A stretch of 64,000 nucleotides of DNA. Source: an uncultured Gemmatimonadales bacterium (lineage in GTDB: Bacteria > Gemmatimonadota > Gemmatimonadetes > Gemmatimonadales > GWC2-71-9). How positions within the stretch are numbered: position 1 is the stretch's first letter; each line of letters opens with the position of its first letter. The notes under the pieces are model-generated. The model was not told the DNA's origin and searched no databases. It worked only from the letters and a program-made list of their open reading frames with translations. The translations under genes and the position numbers were made by a program. Below are positions 1 to 10,193 of this stretch, one piece after another. Location: assembly GCA_963695555.1 (NCBI GenBank), contig CAVOGR010000005.1, positions 96,001-160,000 of the forward strand, read 5' to 3'.

Positions 1-182
1 ACGCGGGCGACGACGACGCCGACGCCGACGAGCCAGATTCGAAGCCGGTCGCTGCCGCCGCCGATGCGCCCGCGGTCGAGGCAGCCGCCGAACCCGAGGC
101 CGAGGCAGCCGCCGAACCCGAACCCGAGGCTGAGTCGGCCCCGGCGGGTGAAGCAGAGGAGCCGGAGGCGAAGCCCGAATAG
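1..182 (+). CDS. 3' end of a gene entering the window; acidic Ala/Glu/Pro-rich low-complexity tail, identity not determinable
   Basis: Frame 3 reads [59 protein letters not shown] to TAG at 180-182, followed by a terminator. Confidence 0.7.
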   Translation, partial: AGDDDADADEPDSKPVAAAADAPAVEAAAEPEAEAAAEPEPEAESAPAGEAEEPEAKPE

Positions 183-205
183 GGCGCGTTCCGATCCACG
201 ATCAG

Positions 206-230
206 GGGCCCCTCGATAGGGGCCCTTTTT
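206..230 (+). terminator. Intrinsic terminator
   Basis: GGGCCCCT-cgat-AGGGGCCC stem-loop followed by TTTTT. Confidence 0.85.
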
Positions 231-295
231 CCTTTGCCCCGGGCGCGTTCGCGCGTCTCACCTGCCGTGCTCGTGGCTGTTATATTGGGCCCACC

Positions 296-1849
296 ATGGC
301 AACCCCACGCAAACTGCTCGAGGATCTCCAACACCGTCAGGCCCAAGCGGAATTGGGCGGCGGCGAAGCGCGAATTGTCAAACAGCACGGGAAAGGCAAG
401 CTGACGGCGCGCGAACGGCTCGACCTCCTGCTCGACGAGGGAAGCTTCATCGAGCTGGACCGCTTCGTTACCCACCGGGCAACGGATTTCGATCTGGCCA
501 ATGAGAAGTACTTGGGCGACGGCGTCGTCACCGGCTCGGGGTTGATTGACGGTCGACTGGTGTACGTGTTCTCCCAGGACTTCACCGTGTTCGGCGGGTC
601 GCTCTCGGAGGCGCACGCGGAAAAGATCTGTAAGGTGATGGATCTCGCCGTGCGAAACGGCGCGCCCATTATCGGGCTGAATGACTCGGGCGGCGCCCGG
701 ATCCAGGAAGGCGTGGTCTCGCTCGGCGGCTATGCCGACATCTTCCTGCGCAATACGCTGGCCTCTGGTGTGGTGCCACAGATTTCCGCCATCCTCGGCC
801 CATGCGCCGGTGGCGCCGTCTACAGCCCCGCCATCACCGATTTCGTCCACATGGTCCGCGGCGTGAGCTACATGTTCGTTACCGGCCCGAACGTGGTGAA
901 GACGGTGACCCATGAGGAGGTGACGTTCGAGGACTTGGGAGGCGCCGACATTCATGGCTCAACGTCCGGCGTGGCACACTTCGTTTCGGATAGCGAACCC
1001 GAATGTCTCGCTGCGATCCGGGATCTCGTGGGCTACCTGCCCAGCAACAACTTGGACGAGTCGCCCATCCACACGACAGCGGATCCCGTGGATCGCCGCG
1101 AAGAGTCCTTGCTCGAGCTGATTCCCGACAATCCCAACCAGCCGTACGACATGCATCAGGTGATCACCGCGGTGGTCGACGACGGCAAATTCCTCGAAGT
1201 GCATCAGGGATACGCCGGCAACATCCTCGTGGGATTTGCCCGACTCGGGGGTCGGTCGGTGGGTGTGGTCGCGAACCAGCCTGCCGTGCTTGCCGGAGTG
1301 CTCGATATCAACGCGTCGCTCAAAGGCGCCCGGTTCATTCGCTGCTGTGATGCCTTCAACATTCCGCTCGTCACCTTTGAAGACGTGCCTGGATTCCTGC
1401 CGGGGGTCGGTCAGGAACATGGTGGGATCATCAAGCACGGTGCCAAGTTGCTCTACGCGTACTGTGAGGCGACGGTGCCGAAGCTTACGGTGATCACGCG
1501 CAAGGCCTACGGCGGGGCCTACGACGTGATGAGCTCGAAACACATCCGAGGCGACCTCAACCTGGGGTGGCCGACCGCCGAGATCGCTGTGATGGGCCCG
1601 AAGGGGGCGGTCGAGATCCTGTTCAAGGACGATATCCGGAGCGCCAAGGACCCCAGCGCCGAGACCGACCGGCGGATCGCCGAATACAAGGAGCGCTTCG
1701 CCAATCCGTACCTCGCGGCGGCGCGGGGGTATCTGGACGACGTCATCGATCCGCGGGAGACGAGGCCCCGGCTCATCGCCGGCCTGCGGCGGCTCGTGAC
1801 CAAGCGGGACAAGAACCCTCCGAAGAAGCACGGCAATCTCCCCCTGTGA
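296..1849 (+). CDS. pccB: Acyl-CoA (propionyl-CoA-type) carboxylase carboxyltransferase beta subunit
   Basis: [44 protein letters not shown] and C-terminal KKHGNLPL motifs. Confidence 0.9.
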   Translation: MATPRKLLEDLQHRQAQAELGGGEARIVKQHGKGKLTARERLDLLLDEGSFIELDRFVTHRATDFDLANEKYLGDGVVTGSGLIDGRLVYVFSQDFTVFGGSLSEAHAEKICKVMDLAVRNGAPIIGLNDSGGARIQEGVVSLGGYADIFLRNTLASGVVPQISAILGPCAGGAVYSPAITDFVHMVRGVSYMFVTGPNVVKTVTHEEVTFEDLGGADIHGSTSGVAHFVSDSEPECLAAIRDLVGYLPSNNLDESPIHTTADPVDRREESLLELIPDNPNQPYDMHQVITAVVDDGKFLEVHQGYAGNILVGFARLGGRSVGVVANQPAVLAGVLDINASLKGARFIRCCDAFNIPLVTFEDVPGFLPGVGQEHGGIIKHGAKLLYAYCEATVPKLTVITRKAYGGAYDVMSSKHIRGDLNLGWPTAEIAVMGPKGAVEILFKDDIRSAKDPSAETDRRIAEYKERFANPYLAAARGYLDDVIDPRETRPRLIAGLRRLVTKRDKNPPKKHGNLPL

Positions 1850-1906
1850 AGGCCTCCAGATCTGGGACGTCCCCCTGGCCAACCAGAGGAAAACAACGCA
1901 TTTTAT

Positions 1907-2941
1907 ATGGTTGATCCCACCTCGGGGCCGCATGGCATGATGACCGGCGACAGGAAGGACCGTAACGCATTCCCATGGCAGGCTTTGGCCATGGCTGGCA
2001 CCCTGGTGCTGGCCGGGGCCGGCAGCGTTGATGCCCAGGGAGCGGTGGACCCCAACGTGGTCCCCCGGGCCACGGCGTTGGTACGGGAAGGACGCCGGAT
2101 GGATGCGACGGAACTCCTGGGTCACTATTTGGCCACCGCACCGGGAGACGGGCGCGCCTGGTTTCATCTGGGTCGGCTCTACCTGCTCGGGGCGCGCGAC
2201 TGGCACGTGACGGGACACACGGGGGAACCGTCCGGTCTCCTGCTGCTCGATCTGTCCGCCGTTGCGCTCGATCAAGCGCTCCAACTCAACATCGACTCGA
2301 GCATCGTGTTCCGCGGCATGGTCGACATGGATCGCGACCTCATCGCGCTGGAGCGTGATGGGTGGGAGGCGGTGCGCGATCGCCGCCTGGCGATGGAGCG
2401 CTTCCGGATGCCCGATTACTTGCTGGAACTTGGCGTCAATCTCCTGGGATCGTGTCCGGCGAATGGCGTGATCGTGACCGGCAGCGATCTCGAGACCGTC
2501 GCCGTGTGGTACGCATCGGTCGAGCGAGGCGTCCGCAAGGATGTCCTGCCTCTGGTGCCCAAGTTGTACGCGACAGACTCGTTATACCGGAATCAGATGG
2601 CTCTGGCGTTTGACGTCGACCGCTCGTGGCCGGTGCAACGGGCGCTGGTCAAGGTGGCGGAGCGTCGACCCCTGTGCCTGACGCCGTTCGCCGAGCGGGC
2701 CGCAGCACCGCTTCCGGAGTGGCGGCCGATGCGCCTTGTGATCGCCGGTGGTGCGCACGTCACCCTCACCGATGATGTCCTCACGGTGACCAGTCTGCTG
2801 CGCGAACTCAGGAACCATGGCTCGGTCTGGAGCGAAGGTGCGCGCGCCATCTATGCCCAGGCCGCCAAGGAGAACATCCTCCTCTGCCGCGGAATCATTG
2901 CAGTTTTAGGAGAGCCCTTACCTCCCGCATGCGGCCAATAA
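1907..2941 (+). CDS. Exported hypothetical protein with a TPR-like N-terminal part and a DUF2723-C-terminal-like segment
   Basis: Signal-like stretch ALAMAGTLVLAGAGSVDA-Q; TPR-like AWFHLGRLYL; NLLGSCPANGVIVTGSDLET motif; overlaps the next gene; true start may be later. Confidence 0.6.
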   Translation: MVDPTSGPHGMMTGDRKDRNAFPWQALAMAGTLVLAGAGSVDAQGAVDPNVVPRATALVREGRRMDATELLGHYLATAPGDGRAWFHLGRLYLLGARDWHVTGHTGEPSGLLLLDLSAVALDQALQLNIDSSIVFRGMVDMDRDLIALERDGWEAVRDRRLAMERFRMPDYLLELGVNLLGSCPANGVIVTGSDLETVAVWYASVERGVRKDVLPLVPKLYATDSLYRNQMALAFDVDRSWPVQRALVKVAERRPLCLTPFAERAAAPLPEWRPMRLVIAGGAHVTLTDDVLTVTSLLRELRNHGSVWSEGARAIYAQAAKENILLCRGIIAVLGEPLPPACGQ

Positions 2942-4437
2942 GCCGCATCCTCATCGCCAATCGCGGCGAGATCGCCCGTCGCATCATCCGTGCATGCCAT
3001 GAAGAAGGTCTGGAAGCGGTCGCCGTGTATTCGGACGCCGACCGGAATAGCCTGCATGTGCGCGCCGCCGATTTCGCGGTACCCATCGGCCCCGCAGCCC
3101 CGGCCGAGAGCTACCTCCGGATCGATCGTCTGATCGAGGCCGCACGCCAAATCGGAGCACAGGCCATTCATCCCGGCTATGGCTTCTTGGCCGAGCGCGC
3201 CGCGTTCGCCCAAGCGGTCCTGGACGCCGGCCTCGGCTTCGTCGGGCCGGGTCCGGAAGCCATGCGGGCGCTCGGCGACAAAACCGAGGCGCGCCGGCGA
3301 ATGGCCGAGGCCGGCGTGCCGATCGTGCCGGGCACGACCGAACCCATCACCAGCGCGGCCCAAGCGGAGCAGGCGGCCCAATCGCTGGGTTATCCGGTCA
3401 TGGTCAAGGCGGCGGCCGGGGGTGGCGGGAAGGGCATGCGGGTGGTGGGATCGGCCCGGGAGCTGCCCGGTGCCATCGAGACCGCGCGCTCGGAAGCGCG
3501 CAAAGCCTTTGGCGACGATACGACCTATCTGGAGAAGTTCATCGTCCGGCCGCGCCACGTCGAAGTGCAAATCCTCGCCGACGGCGAGCGCACAATTCAC
3601 CTCGGCGAGCGGGAGTGCTCCATCCAGCGCCGGCACCAGAAACTGGTGGAGGAATCGCCGTCGGTTGCCGTGTCGGCCGAGCTGCGCGAGCGCATGGGAC
3701 AGGCGGGCGTGGCCGCGGCGAGGGCGGTCGGGTATGTCGGGGCCGGCACCTGCGAGTTCCTCCTGGCGGAGGATGGGTCGTTCTACTTCCTCGAGATGAA
3801 TACGCGCATCCAGGTGGAACACCCGGTGACGGAACTCGTGCTCGGGGTCGATTTGGTTCGTGAGCAGCTTCGCATCGTGCGAGGGCTCCCGATGACGCCA
3901 ACCGACGGCCCGCATGTGCCGAGGGGGTGGGCCATCGAATGCCGGATCACGTCGGAAGACCCGTCCCACGGGTTTCTGCCGTCCACCGGGCGCATTCGGT
4001 TTCTCCGGGCGCCGTCGGGGCCGGGAGTGCGCTGGGACGGCGGCGTCGAAACCGGCGACGAGGTGACTCTCTTCTACGATTCTCTCCTTGGCAAGCTCAT
4101 TGTCTGGGCTCCAGACCGGCCCCAGGCGATTCGGCGCATGCAGCGCGCCCTGAACGAACTCCTCGTCCTCGGAGTGGGGACCAATCAGGGTTTCCACCGA
4201 AGTCTCTTGGCCGACCCGGCATTTCAAGCCGGCGAGATCGACATTCAATTCCTCGACCGCCGTCCCGACTTGCTCACGCCGCCGCACGATCCCGAATTGA
4301 TGGTGGTTATTGCCGTAGCGGCGGCATTGGCGGAAGACGAGGCCCGGCGCTCCTGGGCGCCGATCGTGTCCGGGGGCGAGACCAAGGCCGCCCCATCTGC
4401 CTGGACCCACGCGGCTCGGCGGGATGCCCTCCGATGA
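2929..4437 (+). CDS. accC: Biotin carboxylase subunit (no fused BCCP)
   Basis: ILIANRGEIA, HPGYGFLAE, GGGGKGMR, ERECSIQRRHQK and FLEMNTRIQVEHPVTE motifs. Confidence 0.92.
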   Translation: MRPISRILIANRGEIARRIIRACHEEGLEAVAVYSDADRNSLHVRAADFAVPIGPAAPAESYLRIDRLIEAARQIGAQAIHPGYGFLAERAAFAQAVLDAGLGFVGPGPEAMRALGDKTEARRRMAEAGVPIVPGTTEPITSAAQAEQAAQSLGYPVMVKAAAGGGGKGMRVVGSARELPGAIETARSEARKAFGDDTTYLEKFIVRPRHVEVQILADGERTIHLGERECSIQRRHQKLVEESPSVAVSAELRERMGQAGVAAARAVGYVGAGTCEFLLAEDGSFYFLEMNTRIQVEHPVTELVLGVDLVREQLRIVRGLPMTPTDGPHVPRGWAIECRITSEDPSHGFLPSTGRIRFLRAPSGPGVRWDGGVETGDEVTLFYDSLLGKLIVWAPDRPQAIRRMQRALNELLVLGVGTNQGFHRSLLADPAFQAGEIDIQFLDRRPDLLTPPHDPELMVVIAVAAALAEDEARRSWAPIVSGGETKAAPSAWTHAARRDALR

Positions 4438-5714
4438 TGGAAACCGAAGCCAACCCTACCCCACTCAACACGGCCGAGGTCGAGCCGGTCGAGATTCTCC
4501 GCCTGGCCGCAGGCGGCGACGGGGTTGGGCGTTGGGGAGATGGGCGGGCCGTGTTTGTACCGCGGACGGCACCCGGCGACGTGGTCGAGGTCGTGGCTCA
4601 TCGAGTCTACCGGCGGCGCATTGCCGGCCGCGTGCGGCGCGTCATCTCGGCCGGAGCGGGTCGGGTGAGCCCGCGATGCGCGCATTACGCCGGTGATGGC
4701 TGCGGCGGCTGCCAGTTGCAACACGTCGATCTCCCGATTCAGCACCAGGCAAAGAGCGCCATGGTGGGTGATGCCCTGCGCCGCATAGGCAAGATCGACT
4801 GGCCGGATCCGGAGGTCGTGTCGGACGGCGCACCGTGGGCCTACCGCAACAAGATCACGTTGGCGCGGACGGCGTCGGGGGACGGATTCGGCTTTCACCG
4901 CTGGGATCGTCCCGATCAGGTGTTCAAGCTCCGCCGCTGCGAGATCGCCGCGGCCGACCTCAATGTGCTCTGGACCACGGTCCTGCAGCATCTGGACGCC
5001 ATTCCACCGACCGTCGACCGGATGGTGCTGCGGCTCGACCGCGACGGGGCCCGCCACGTCGTGGCCTACGCCGCCGCGGGTGGCGACTGGGCTCGGGCCG
5101 CTCAACTGGCGTCGGCGCTCGAGGCCGATGGCCTTCCGACCAGCGTGTGGTACGAGCCGGCTGGTGGATCTGTGCGGCTGCTCGCCGGGCCCGGCAGCGA
5201 TCATCGGGCAACGGTATTCGAGCAGGTCAACTCGGCGATGGGTGCCCGGGTCCGGCGGGACGCGATAGCTGAGCTCGGGTCCGTGACGGGCCGGCATGTG
5301 TGGGATCTCTATGCCGGGGTGGGGGACGCAAGCCGTCTCCTGGCCGAAGCCGGCGCCACGGTCGAGGCGGTCGAGCGCGATCCGCTTGCGGACGAGGCCA
5401 GGCAAGCGGCGGGCGGCCTGCCGATTACCTGGTACCAAGGTGAGGTCGAGACGATGCTCGCCGTGCTCAGGCCGAGCGACCATGTCCTCCTGAACCCGCC
5501 GAGAACGGGGCTCAGCCGCGTGGCTAGCGGGCGATTAGCGGATCGCGGCCCCAGGCGGATCGTCTATGTGTCGTGTGATCCCGCCACCCTGGCGCGGGAC
5601 CTCGGCCACCTCGTGGCATGTGGTGCCGGCTACCAGGTCACCCACGTGCGGGCCTACGATCTCTTCCCCCAGACGGCCCACGTCGAGATCGTGGCCCGGG
5701 TCGATCGTCCATGA
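4434..5714 (+). CDS. RlmD/TrmA-family RNA m5U methyltransferase
   Basis: TRAM-like N-terminus, Fe-S motif CAHYAGDGCGGC, DLYAGVG, YVSCDPATLARD, FPQTAHVE; ATG at 4434 overlaps the accC stop (ATGA). Confidence 0.85.
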   Translation: MMETEANPTPLNTAEVEPVEILRLAAGGDGVGRWGDGRAVFVPRTAPGDVVEVVAHRVYRRRIAGRVRRVISAGAGRVSPRCAHYAGDGCGGCQLQHVDLPIQHQAKSAMVGDALRRIGKIDWPDPEVVSDGAPWAYRNKITLARTASGDGFGFHRWDRPDQVFKLRRCEIAAADLNVLWTTVLQHLDAIPPTVDRMVLRLDRDGARHVVAYAAAGGDWARAAQLASALEADGLPTSVWYEPAGGSVRLLAGPGSDHRATVFEQVNSAMGARVRRDAIAELGSVTGRHVWDLYAGVGDASRLLAEAGATVEAVERDPLADEARQAAGGLPITWYQGEVETMLAVLRPSDHVLLNPPRTGLSRVASGRLADRGPRRIVYVSCDPATLARDLGHLVACGAGYQVTHVRAYDLFPQTAHVEIVARVDRP

Positions 5715-6238
5715 AGTACTATGTGACGGTTGGCGACCGAGAGATCGTGGTCGAAGTCGACGGCAACACCGTCTCGGTCGACGGCCGCGCCGCCAAGGCC
5801 GAACTCACGGTGGTGCCGGGGACGCCGTTGCGCCAGCTGTTCTTCGACGGCCGATGTTTCGTCCTGTCGGTGTCGGGAGGGGGCAGGGGTGTCTGGGTGA
5901 TGGGCCGCCACGGTGAGGTGTGGGAGTCGGAGGCGCTCGACGAGCGCACCCGGCACATTCGGACCCTGACGGGCGCGGGTCAGGGCCGCCGCGGGGGCGG
6001 AACGATCCGGGCCCCCATGCCGGGGCTCGTGGTTCGGGTGCTGGTGGAGCCTGGACAGGCCGTGGAGGAGGGGACTGGGGTGGTGGTGCTCGAGGCCATG
6101 AAGATGGAGAACGAGCTTCGGGCGGCGGGCCCGGGGGTGGTCCGGGCGGTGCGGGTGGAGGCCGGGATGGCGGTGGAGAAGGGGGAAGTCCTGGTCGAGC
6201 TGGTGGAGGATGCCGATGGGCCGGCCGGGCCCGCTTGA
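5711..6238 (+). CDS. Biotin carboxyl carrier protein
   Basis: APMPG and EAMKMENE biotinylation motif; ATGA overlap with the upstream gene. Confidence 0.9.
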   Translation: MKYYVTVGDREIVVEVDGNTVSVDGRAAKAELTVVPGTPLRQLFFDGRCFVLSVSGGGRGVWVMGRHGEVWESEALDERTRHIRTLTGAGQGRRGGGTIRAPMPGLVVRVLVEPGQAVEEGTGVVVLEAMKMENELRAAGPGVVRAVRVEAGMAVEKGEVLVELVEDADGPAGPA

Positions 6239-6264
6239 CCCTGCGGCGTTCAGGCGGCTATCTT
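6235..6264 (+). promoter_or_regulatory. Sigma70-type promoter for rplM-rpsI
   Basis: TTGACC (6235-6240), 18-bp spacer, TATCTT (6259-6264). Confidence 0.65.
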
Positions 6265-6310
6265 GTCGGTCTGTCTTGGTTTACCTCTTTTCGACCGAGG
6301 GCTGGAAAGC

Positions 6311-6766
6311 GTGAGCAAGACCTTTACCGCAACACCGCGTGACATAACTCATCAGTGGCATGTGGTCGATGCGAAGGACGTCCCATTGGGGCGGCTCGCA
6401 TCGGTCGTCGCGCAACTGATCCGGGGCAAGCACAAGCCCACCTTCACCCCGCACATGGACGGGGGCGATTTCGTGGTGGTGGTGAATGCGGAGAAGGTGC
6501 GGTTGTCGGGGCGGAAGCTCGATCAGAAGCGGTACTTCTCTCACAGCGGGTACATGGGGAACGAGAAGCACACGCCGGTCCGGAGCGTGCTCGCGAAACA
6601 CCCCGAGCGCGTGATCGAGCGGGCGGTGTTCGGGATGTTGCCCAAGACGTCGCTGGCCAAGCAGCATTTGCGCAAGAAACTCAAGGTGTATGCCGGGACC
6701 GAGCACCCGCATCAGGCGCAGCAGCCGGTGCCGTTTCCCATTCAGACTAGCCAGGTACGCTCATGA
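6311..6766 (+). CDS. rplM: 50S ribosomal protein L13
   Basis: [48 protein letters not shown] start at 6311. Confidence 0.97.
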   Translation: MSKTFTATPRDITHQWHVVDAKDVPLGRLASVVAQLIRGKHKPTFTPHMDGGDFVVVVNAEKVRLSGRKLDQKRYFSHSGYMGNEKHTPVRSVLAKHPERVIERAVFGMLPKTSLAKQHLRKKLKVYAGTEHPHQAQQPVPFPIQTSQVRS

Positions 6767-7170
6767 CGGCAGCAGGAACTGAAGAATTTCGGTGGCAAGC
6801 GGTCGGGCGAAGGAAGACCAGCGTCGCGCGGGTCTATTTGACGCCAGGGACCGGCAAGTGGAATGTCAACGGGCGCACGCTTGGCGACTACTTTCCGCGA
6901 TCCTCGTTGGTCCAGCACATTCAGCAGTCCTTTGCGGCCACGGACACGTTGGGGGCGTTTGACGTCAAGGCCCATGTCGAGGGCGGCGGACCTTCGGGCC
7001 AGGCCGGCGCCATGCGATTGGCCATCGCGCGCGCCTTGCTGCGTGCGGATGACACGCACCGGGCCAAGCTGAGGGCGGCCGGGTTGTTGACGCGCGACGC
7101 CCGCATGGTGGAACGAAAGAAGCCCGGTCAGCCGGGAGCGCGGAAGCGCTTCCAATTCTCGAAGCGGTAG
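6763..7170 (+). CDS. rpsI: 30S ribosomal protein S9
   Basis: [20 protein letters not shown] and C-terminal [19 protein letters not shown]. Confidence 0.97.
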   Translation: MTAAGTEEFRWQAVGRRKTSVARVYLTPGTGKWNVNGRTLGDYFPRSSLVQHIQQSFAATDTLGAFDVKAHVEGGGPSGQAGAMRLAIARALLRADDTHRAKLRAAGLLTRDARMVERKKPGQPGARKRFQFSKR

Positions 7171-7202
7171 CGGCGAAGCGGCGGGACACCGCCGCGTCGC
7201 AC

Positions 7203-7285
7203 CACACACATCGCGGGATTCCGATCGGGGTGCCCTCGCGGGGGTCGGATCGGAGCGCGAACGCGATGGCGGACGAACCCTAATT
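7203..7285 (+). promoter_or_regulatory. Ribosomal protein S2 autoregulatory leader (t44-like RNA)
   Basis: CACACAC start; helices CATCGCG/CGCGATG and TCCGATC/GATCGGA; internal GGGGTGCCC...GGTCGG; downstream AACCC; same layout as the E. coli rpsB leader. Confidence 0.75.
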
Positions 7286-7307
7286 CAGACGGGAACAGCA
7301 GACACGC

Positions 7308-8234
7308 ATGACACAGCCGCAGTTGCAAGACCTCCTCGAAGCCGGTGTGCATTTCGGGCACCAGACTCGTCGCTGGAATCCCAAGATGCGCCGGTTCATC
7401 TTCGCGGAACGTTCCGGCATTTACATCATCGATCTCCAGAAGACGCTCCGGCAGGTCAAGGCGGCGCAGGAGCTTCTCGAAAACGTGGTGATGCGTGGCG
7501 ACGGGGTGCTGTTCGTCTGTACCAAGCGCCAGCTCAAGGGCGTGGTCGAGGCGTCCGCCCGCGACGCCGGGGCCTATTGGGTCACCGAGCGGTGGCTGGG
7601 CGGTACGCTGACCAACTTCCAGACGATCAAGCGGCAGATCCACCGGCTGCGCGTGCTGGAGCAAGGCGCGGCGGAAGGGGAATTTGAGAACTACACCAAG
7701 AAGGAACGGCTCCTGTTCGAGCGCGAAAAGGTGAAGCTCAGCCGCAACCTCGAAGGGATCAAGCTGATGGGCCGGCTGCCCGGCGCGCTCTTCGTGGTGG
7801 ATGCGAAGAAGGAGCGGATCGCGGTGGCGGAGGCCAACAAACTCGGGATTCCCGTCGTGGCGATCGTTGATACCAACGCCGATCCCGATGTCATCACCGT
7901 GCCGATTCCCGGCAACGATGATGCGATCCGGAGCGTCTCCGTGATCACCGACGCCCTCGCGGGCGTGATCAAGGAGGCCCGTGGCAAGATGCCGATTCGC
8001 GAGTCCGTGGAAGACCTCGAAGCGGAGACGTACAGCACGGATGCCGGGACGGAGGGTGACGTCGACTCGGAGCGCCGCCGCCGCCGGCCGCGGAGGAAGC
8101 GTCGGCCCAAGCCCGAGGCCATCGCGGCGCGGCTCAAGTCGGAGTCGGAGCCTGCGGGCACGAGCGACGCGGCTGCCGAGCCCGAGCCGAAGAAGGCTGC
8201 CACCGCCCCCTCGGTGGCGAATTCCGAAACGTAG
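7308..8234 (+). CDS. rpsB: 30S ribosomal protein S2 with long charged C-terminal extension
   Basis: LLEAGVHFGHQTRRWNPKM, RWLGGTLTNF, IPGNDDAIRS. Confidence 0.97.
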   Translation: MTQPQLQDLLEAGVHFGHQTRRWNPKMRRFIFAERSGIYIIDLQKTLRQVKAAQELLENVVMRGDGVLFVCTKRQLKGVVEASARDAGAYWVTERWLGGTLTNFQTIKRQIHRLRVLEQGAAEGEFENYTKKERLLFEREKVKLSRNLEGIKLMGRLPGALFVVDAKKERIAVAEANKLGIPVVAIVDTNADPDVITVPIPGNDDAIRSVSVITDALAGVIKEARGKMPIRESVEDLEAETYSTDAGTEGDVDSERRRRRPRRKRRPKPEAIAARLKSESEPAGTSDAAAEPEPKKAATAPSVANSET

Positions 8235-8261
8235 TCGGGGACGAGGTTTATGGTGCCGGAT

Positions 8262-8302
8262 CCGCCGCCGCTGCCCGCTCTCGGGCCGCGGGCGGCGGTT
8301 TT
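8262..8302 (+). terminator. Terminator/attenuator-like hairpin between rpsB and tsf
   Basis: CCGCCGCC..GCCCG-ctct-CGGGC..GGCGGCGG followed by TTTT. Confidence 0.6.
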
Positions 8303-8329
8303 CCTATCGCAACGTTGATTCGAGGACCG

Positions 8330-8935
8330 ATGGCTACCAATACGATTACTCCACAGGATATCGGCGAGCTGCGCAAGCGCACCGGCGCCGGTATGATGGA
8401 TTGCAAGCGCGCCCTCGAGGAAGCGAAGGGGGACATGCAGGCGGCGGCGGACATCCTCCGGGCCAAGGGCATCGCGAAAGCGGAGAAGCGGAGCGGGCGA
8501 AGCGCCGCCGAAGGGATCGTGGTGACGTACATCCACCACAACCAGCAGGTCGGGGTGCTGCTCGAGCTCAACTGCGAGACCGATTTCGTGGCCCGGACCG
8601 ATGACTTCCAGGCCCTCGGCCGCGATCTGGCCCTGCATGTGGCCTCCGCGGACCCGATCGGCATCACGGCCGCCGACATCCCGGCGGACATGCTGGACCG
8701 GGAGCGGCGCATCGCCGAAGAGCAGGTGGCAGCCGACGGAAAGCCGGAACACATCCGGCCCAAGATCGTGGAGGGAAAGCTCAGGAAATTCGTCGCGGAG
8801 CGGACCCTGCTCGACCAGCCGTTCGTGAAAGACGATTCGAAGACGGTGGGCGAGCTCATCAAAGAGGTGGCCGGGGCGCTGGGTGAGGCGATCGCGGTCC
8901 GACGATTCGCGCGGTTCAAAGTCGGAGAAGAGTAG
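8330..8935 (+). CDS. tsf: Elongation factor Ts (short form, about 200 aa)
   Basis: [41 protein letters not shown] upstream of ATG 8330. Confidence 0.95.
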   Translation: MATNTITPQDIGELRKRTGAGMMDCKRALEEAKGDMQAAADILRAKGIAKAEKRSGRSAAEGIVVTYIHHNQQVGVLLELNCETDFVARTDDFQALGRDLALHVASADPIGITAADIPADMLDRERRIAEEQVAADGKPEHIRPKIVEGKLRKFVAERTLLDQPFVKDDSKTVGELIKEVAGALGEAIAVRRFARFKVGEE

Positions 8936-9642
8936 TGGCCGCCTACCGCCGTGCCCTTCTCAAACTCTCCGGTGAAGCGCTGGCCGGCGCGCGCGGTGTA
9001 GGGCTGGATTTCGACGCGGTGGGAGCGCTGGCCGACGAGATCGGGCGCGTCGGTGCCACCGGCCTCGCGCTCGGCGTAGTGGTTGGGGGCGGCAACATCA
9101 TTCGCGGCGCCGCGGCGAGCGCGGCGGGCCTCGACCGGGTCAACGCCGACTACATGGGCATGCTTGCCACGGTCATCAATGCGCTCGCAATGCAGGACAC
9201 TCTGGAAAAGCGCGGGGTCCATACCCGCGTCATGACCGCCATCCGGATGGAATCGCTGGCCGAGCCCTACATACGCCGCCGAGCGTTGCGGCACATGGAG
9301 AAAGGCCGCATCGTGCTCTTTGCCGGCGGCACCGGCAACCCGTTCTTCTCGACCGACACCGCGGCGGTCCTACGGGCCCTGGAAATGGAGGCGGAGGTCA
9401 TCCTGAAGGCCACGAATGTCGATGGGGTCTTCACCAGCGATCCCAAAGTCAATCCGGATGCTCAGTTCCTTCCGGAGCTTTCCTTCCACGACGCGCTGGT
9501 CAAGGGGTACGAGGTCATGGACGCGAACGCCTTTGGTCTGTGCAAGGCGAATCGCTTACCGATCGTGGTATTCAACATCAAGGAACCCGACGCCATCATG
9601 CGGACGCTGAGGGGCGAGCGGGTGGGGACGTTGGTGTCATGA
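8935..9642 (+). CDS. pyrH: UMP kinase
   Basis: [33 protein letters not shown]. Confidence 0.96.
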   Translation: MAAYRRALLKLSGEALAGARGVGLDFDAVGALADEIGRVGATGLALGVVVGGGNIIRGAAASAAGLDRVNADYMGMLATVINALAMQDTLEKRGVHTRVMTAIRMESLAEPYIRRRALRHMEKGRIVLFAGGTGNPFFSTDTAAVLRALEMEAEVILKATNVDGVFTSDPKVNPDAQFLPELSFHDALVKGYEVMDANAFGLCKANRLPIVVFNIKEPDAIMRTLRGERVGTLVS

Positions 9643-10193
9643 ATGCGATACCGGATTTGATCAAGAACGCCCGCGAGCTCATGGACAAGGCGGTTGGGAA
9701 CACGAAGCGGGAGCTCGCCACCATTCGCAGCAGCAAAGCGACGACCTCGCTGCTCGATCTGGTCAAGGTCGACGCGTATGGCAATACCATGCCGCTCAAT
9801 CAGGTGGCCATGGTCGCGGCCCCGGAAGCGCGGCTGCTGACCGTCCAGCCGTTCGATAAGTCGCTGGTGCCCGCCGTGGAGAAGGCGATCCGCGAGGCCG
9901 ACCTCGGTCTCAATCCCTCGACCCAGGGCGGGTTGATCCGGGTGCCGCTGCCGGCCCTGTCCGAGGAACGGCGTAAGGAACTGGTCCGGCTGGTCCACAA
10001 GCTCGCCGAAGAGGGGAAGGTGGCTATCCGGCACGCGCGCGGTGACTCCATCACCAAGATCAAGAAGCTCGAGCACGTGTCCGATGACGATAAGGCGCGC
10101 GCCGAGAAAGAGGTGCAGAAGCACACCAACGAGCATACGGAGCTGATCGACTCATTGGTGCAGGGCAAAGAAGCCGAAATCATGGAAGTGTAG
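9639..10193 (+). CDS. frr: Ribosome recycling factor
   Basis: [24 protein letters not shown] at 9639 overlaps the pyrH stop. Confidence 0.95.
   Translation: MNAIPDLIKNARELMDKAVGNTKRELATIRSSKATTSLLDLVKVDAYGNTMPLNQVAMVAAPEARLLTVQPFDKSLVPAVEKAIREADLGLNPSTQGGLIRVPLPALSEERRKELVRLVHKLAEEGKVAIRHARGDSITKIKKLEHVSDDDKARAEKEVQKHTNEHTELIDSLVQGKEAEIMEV

Noticed and set aside
77..130. 21-bp direct repeat CGAGGCAGCCGCCGAACCCGA (77-97, 101-121)
   Set aside because: In-frame coding repeat (EAAAEPE) in a low-complexity tail; only two copies and no spacers, so not CRISPR
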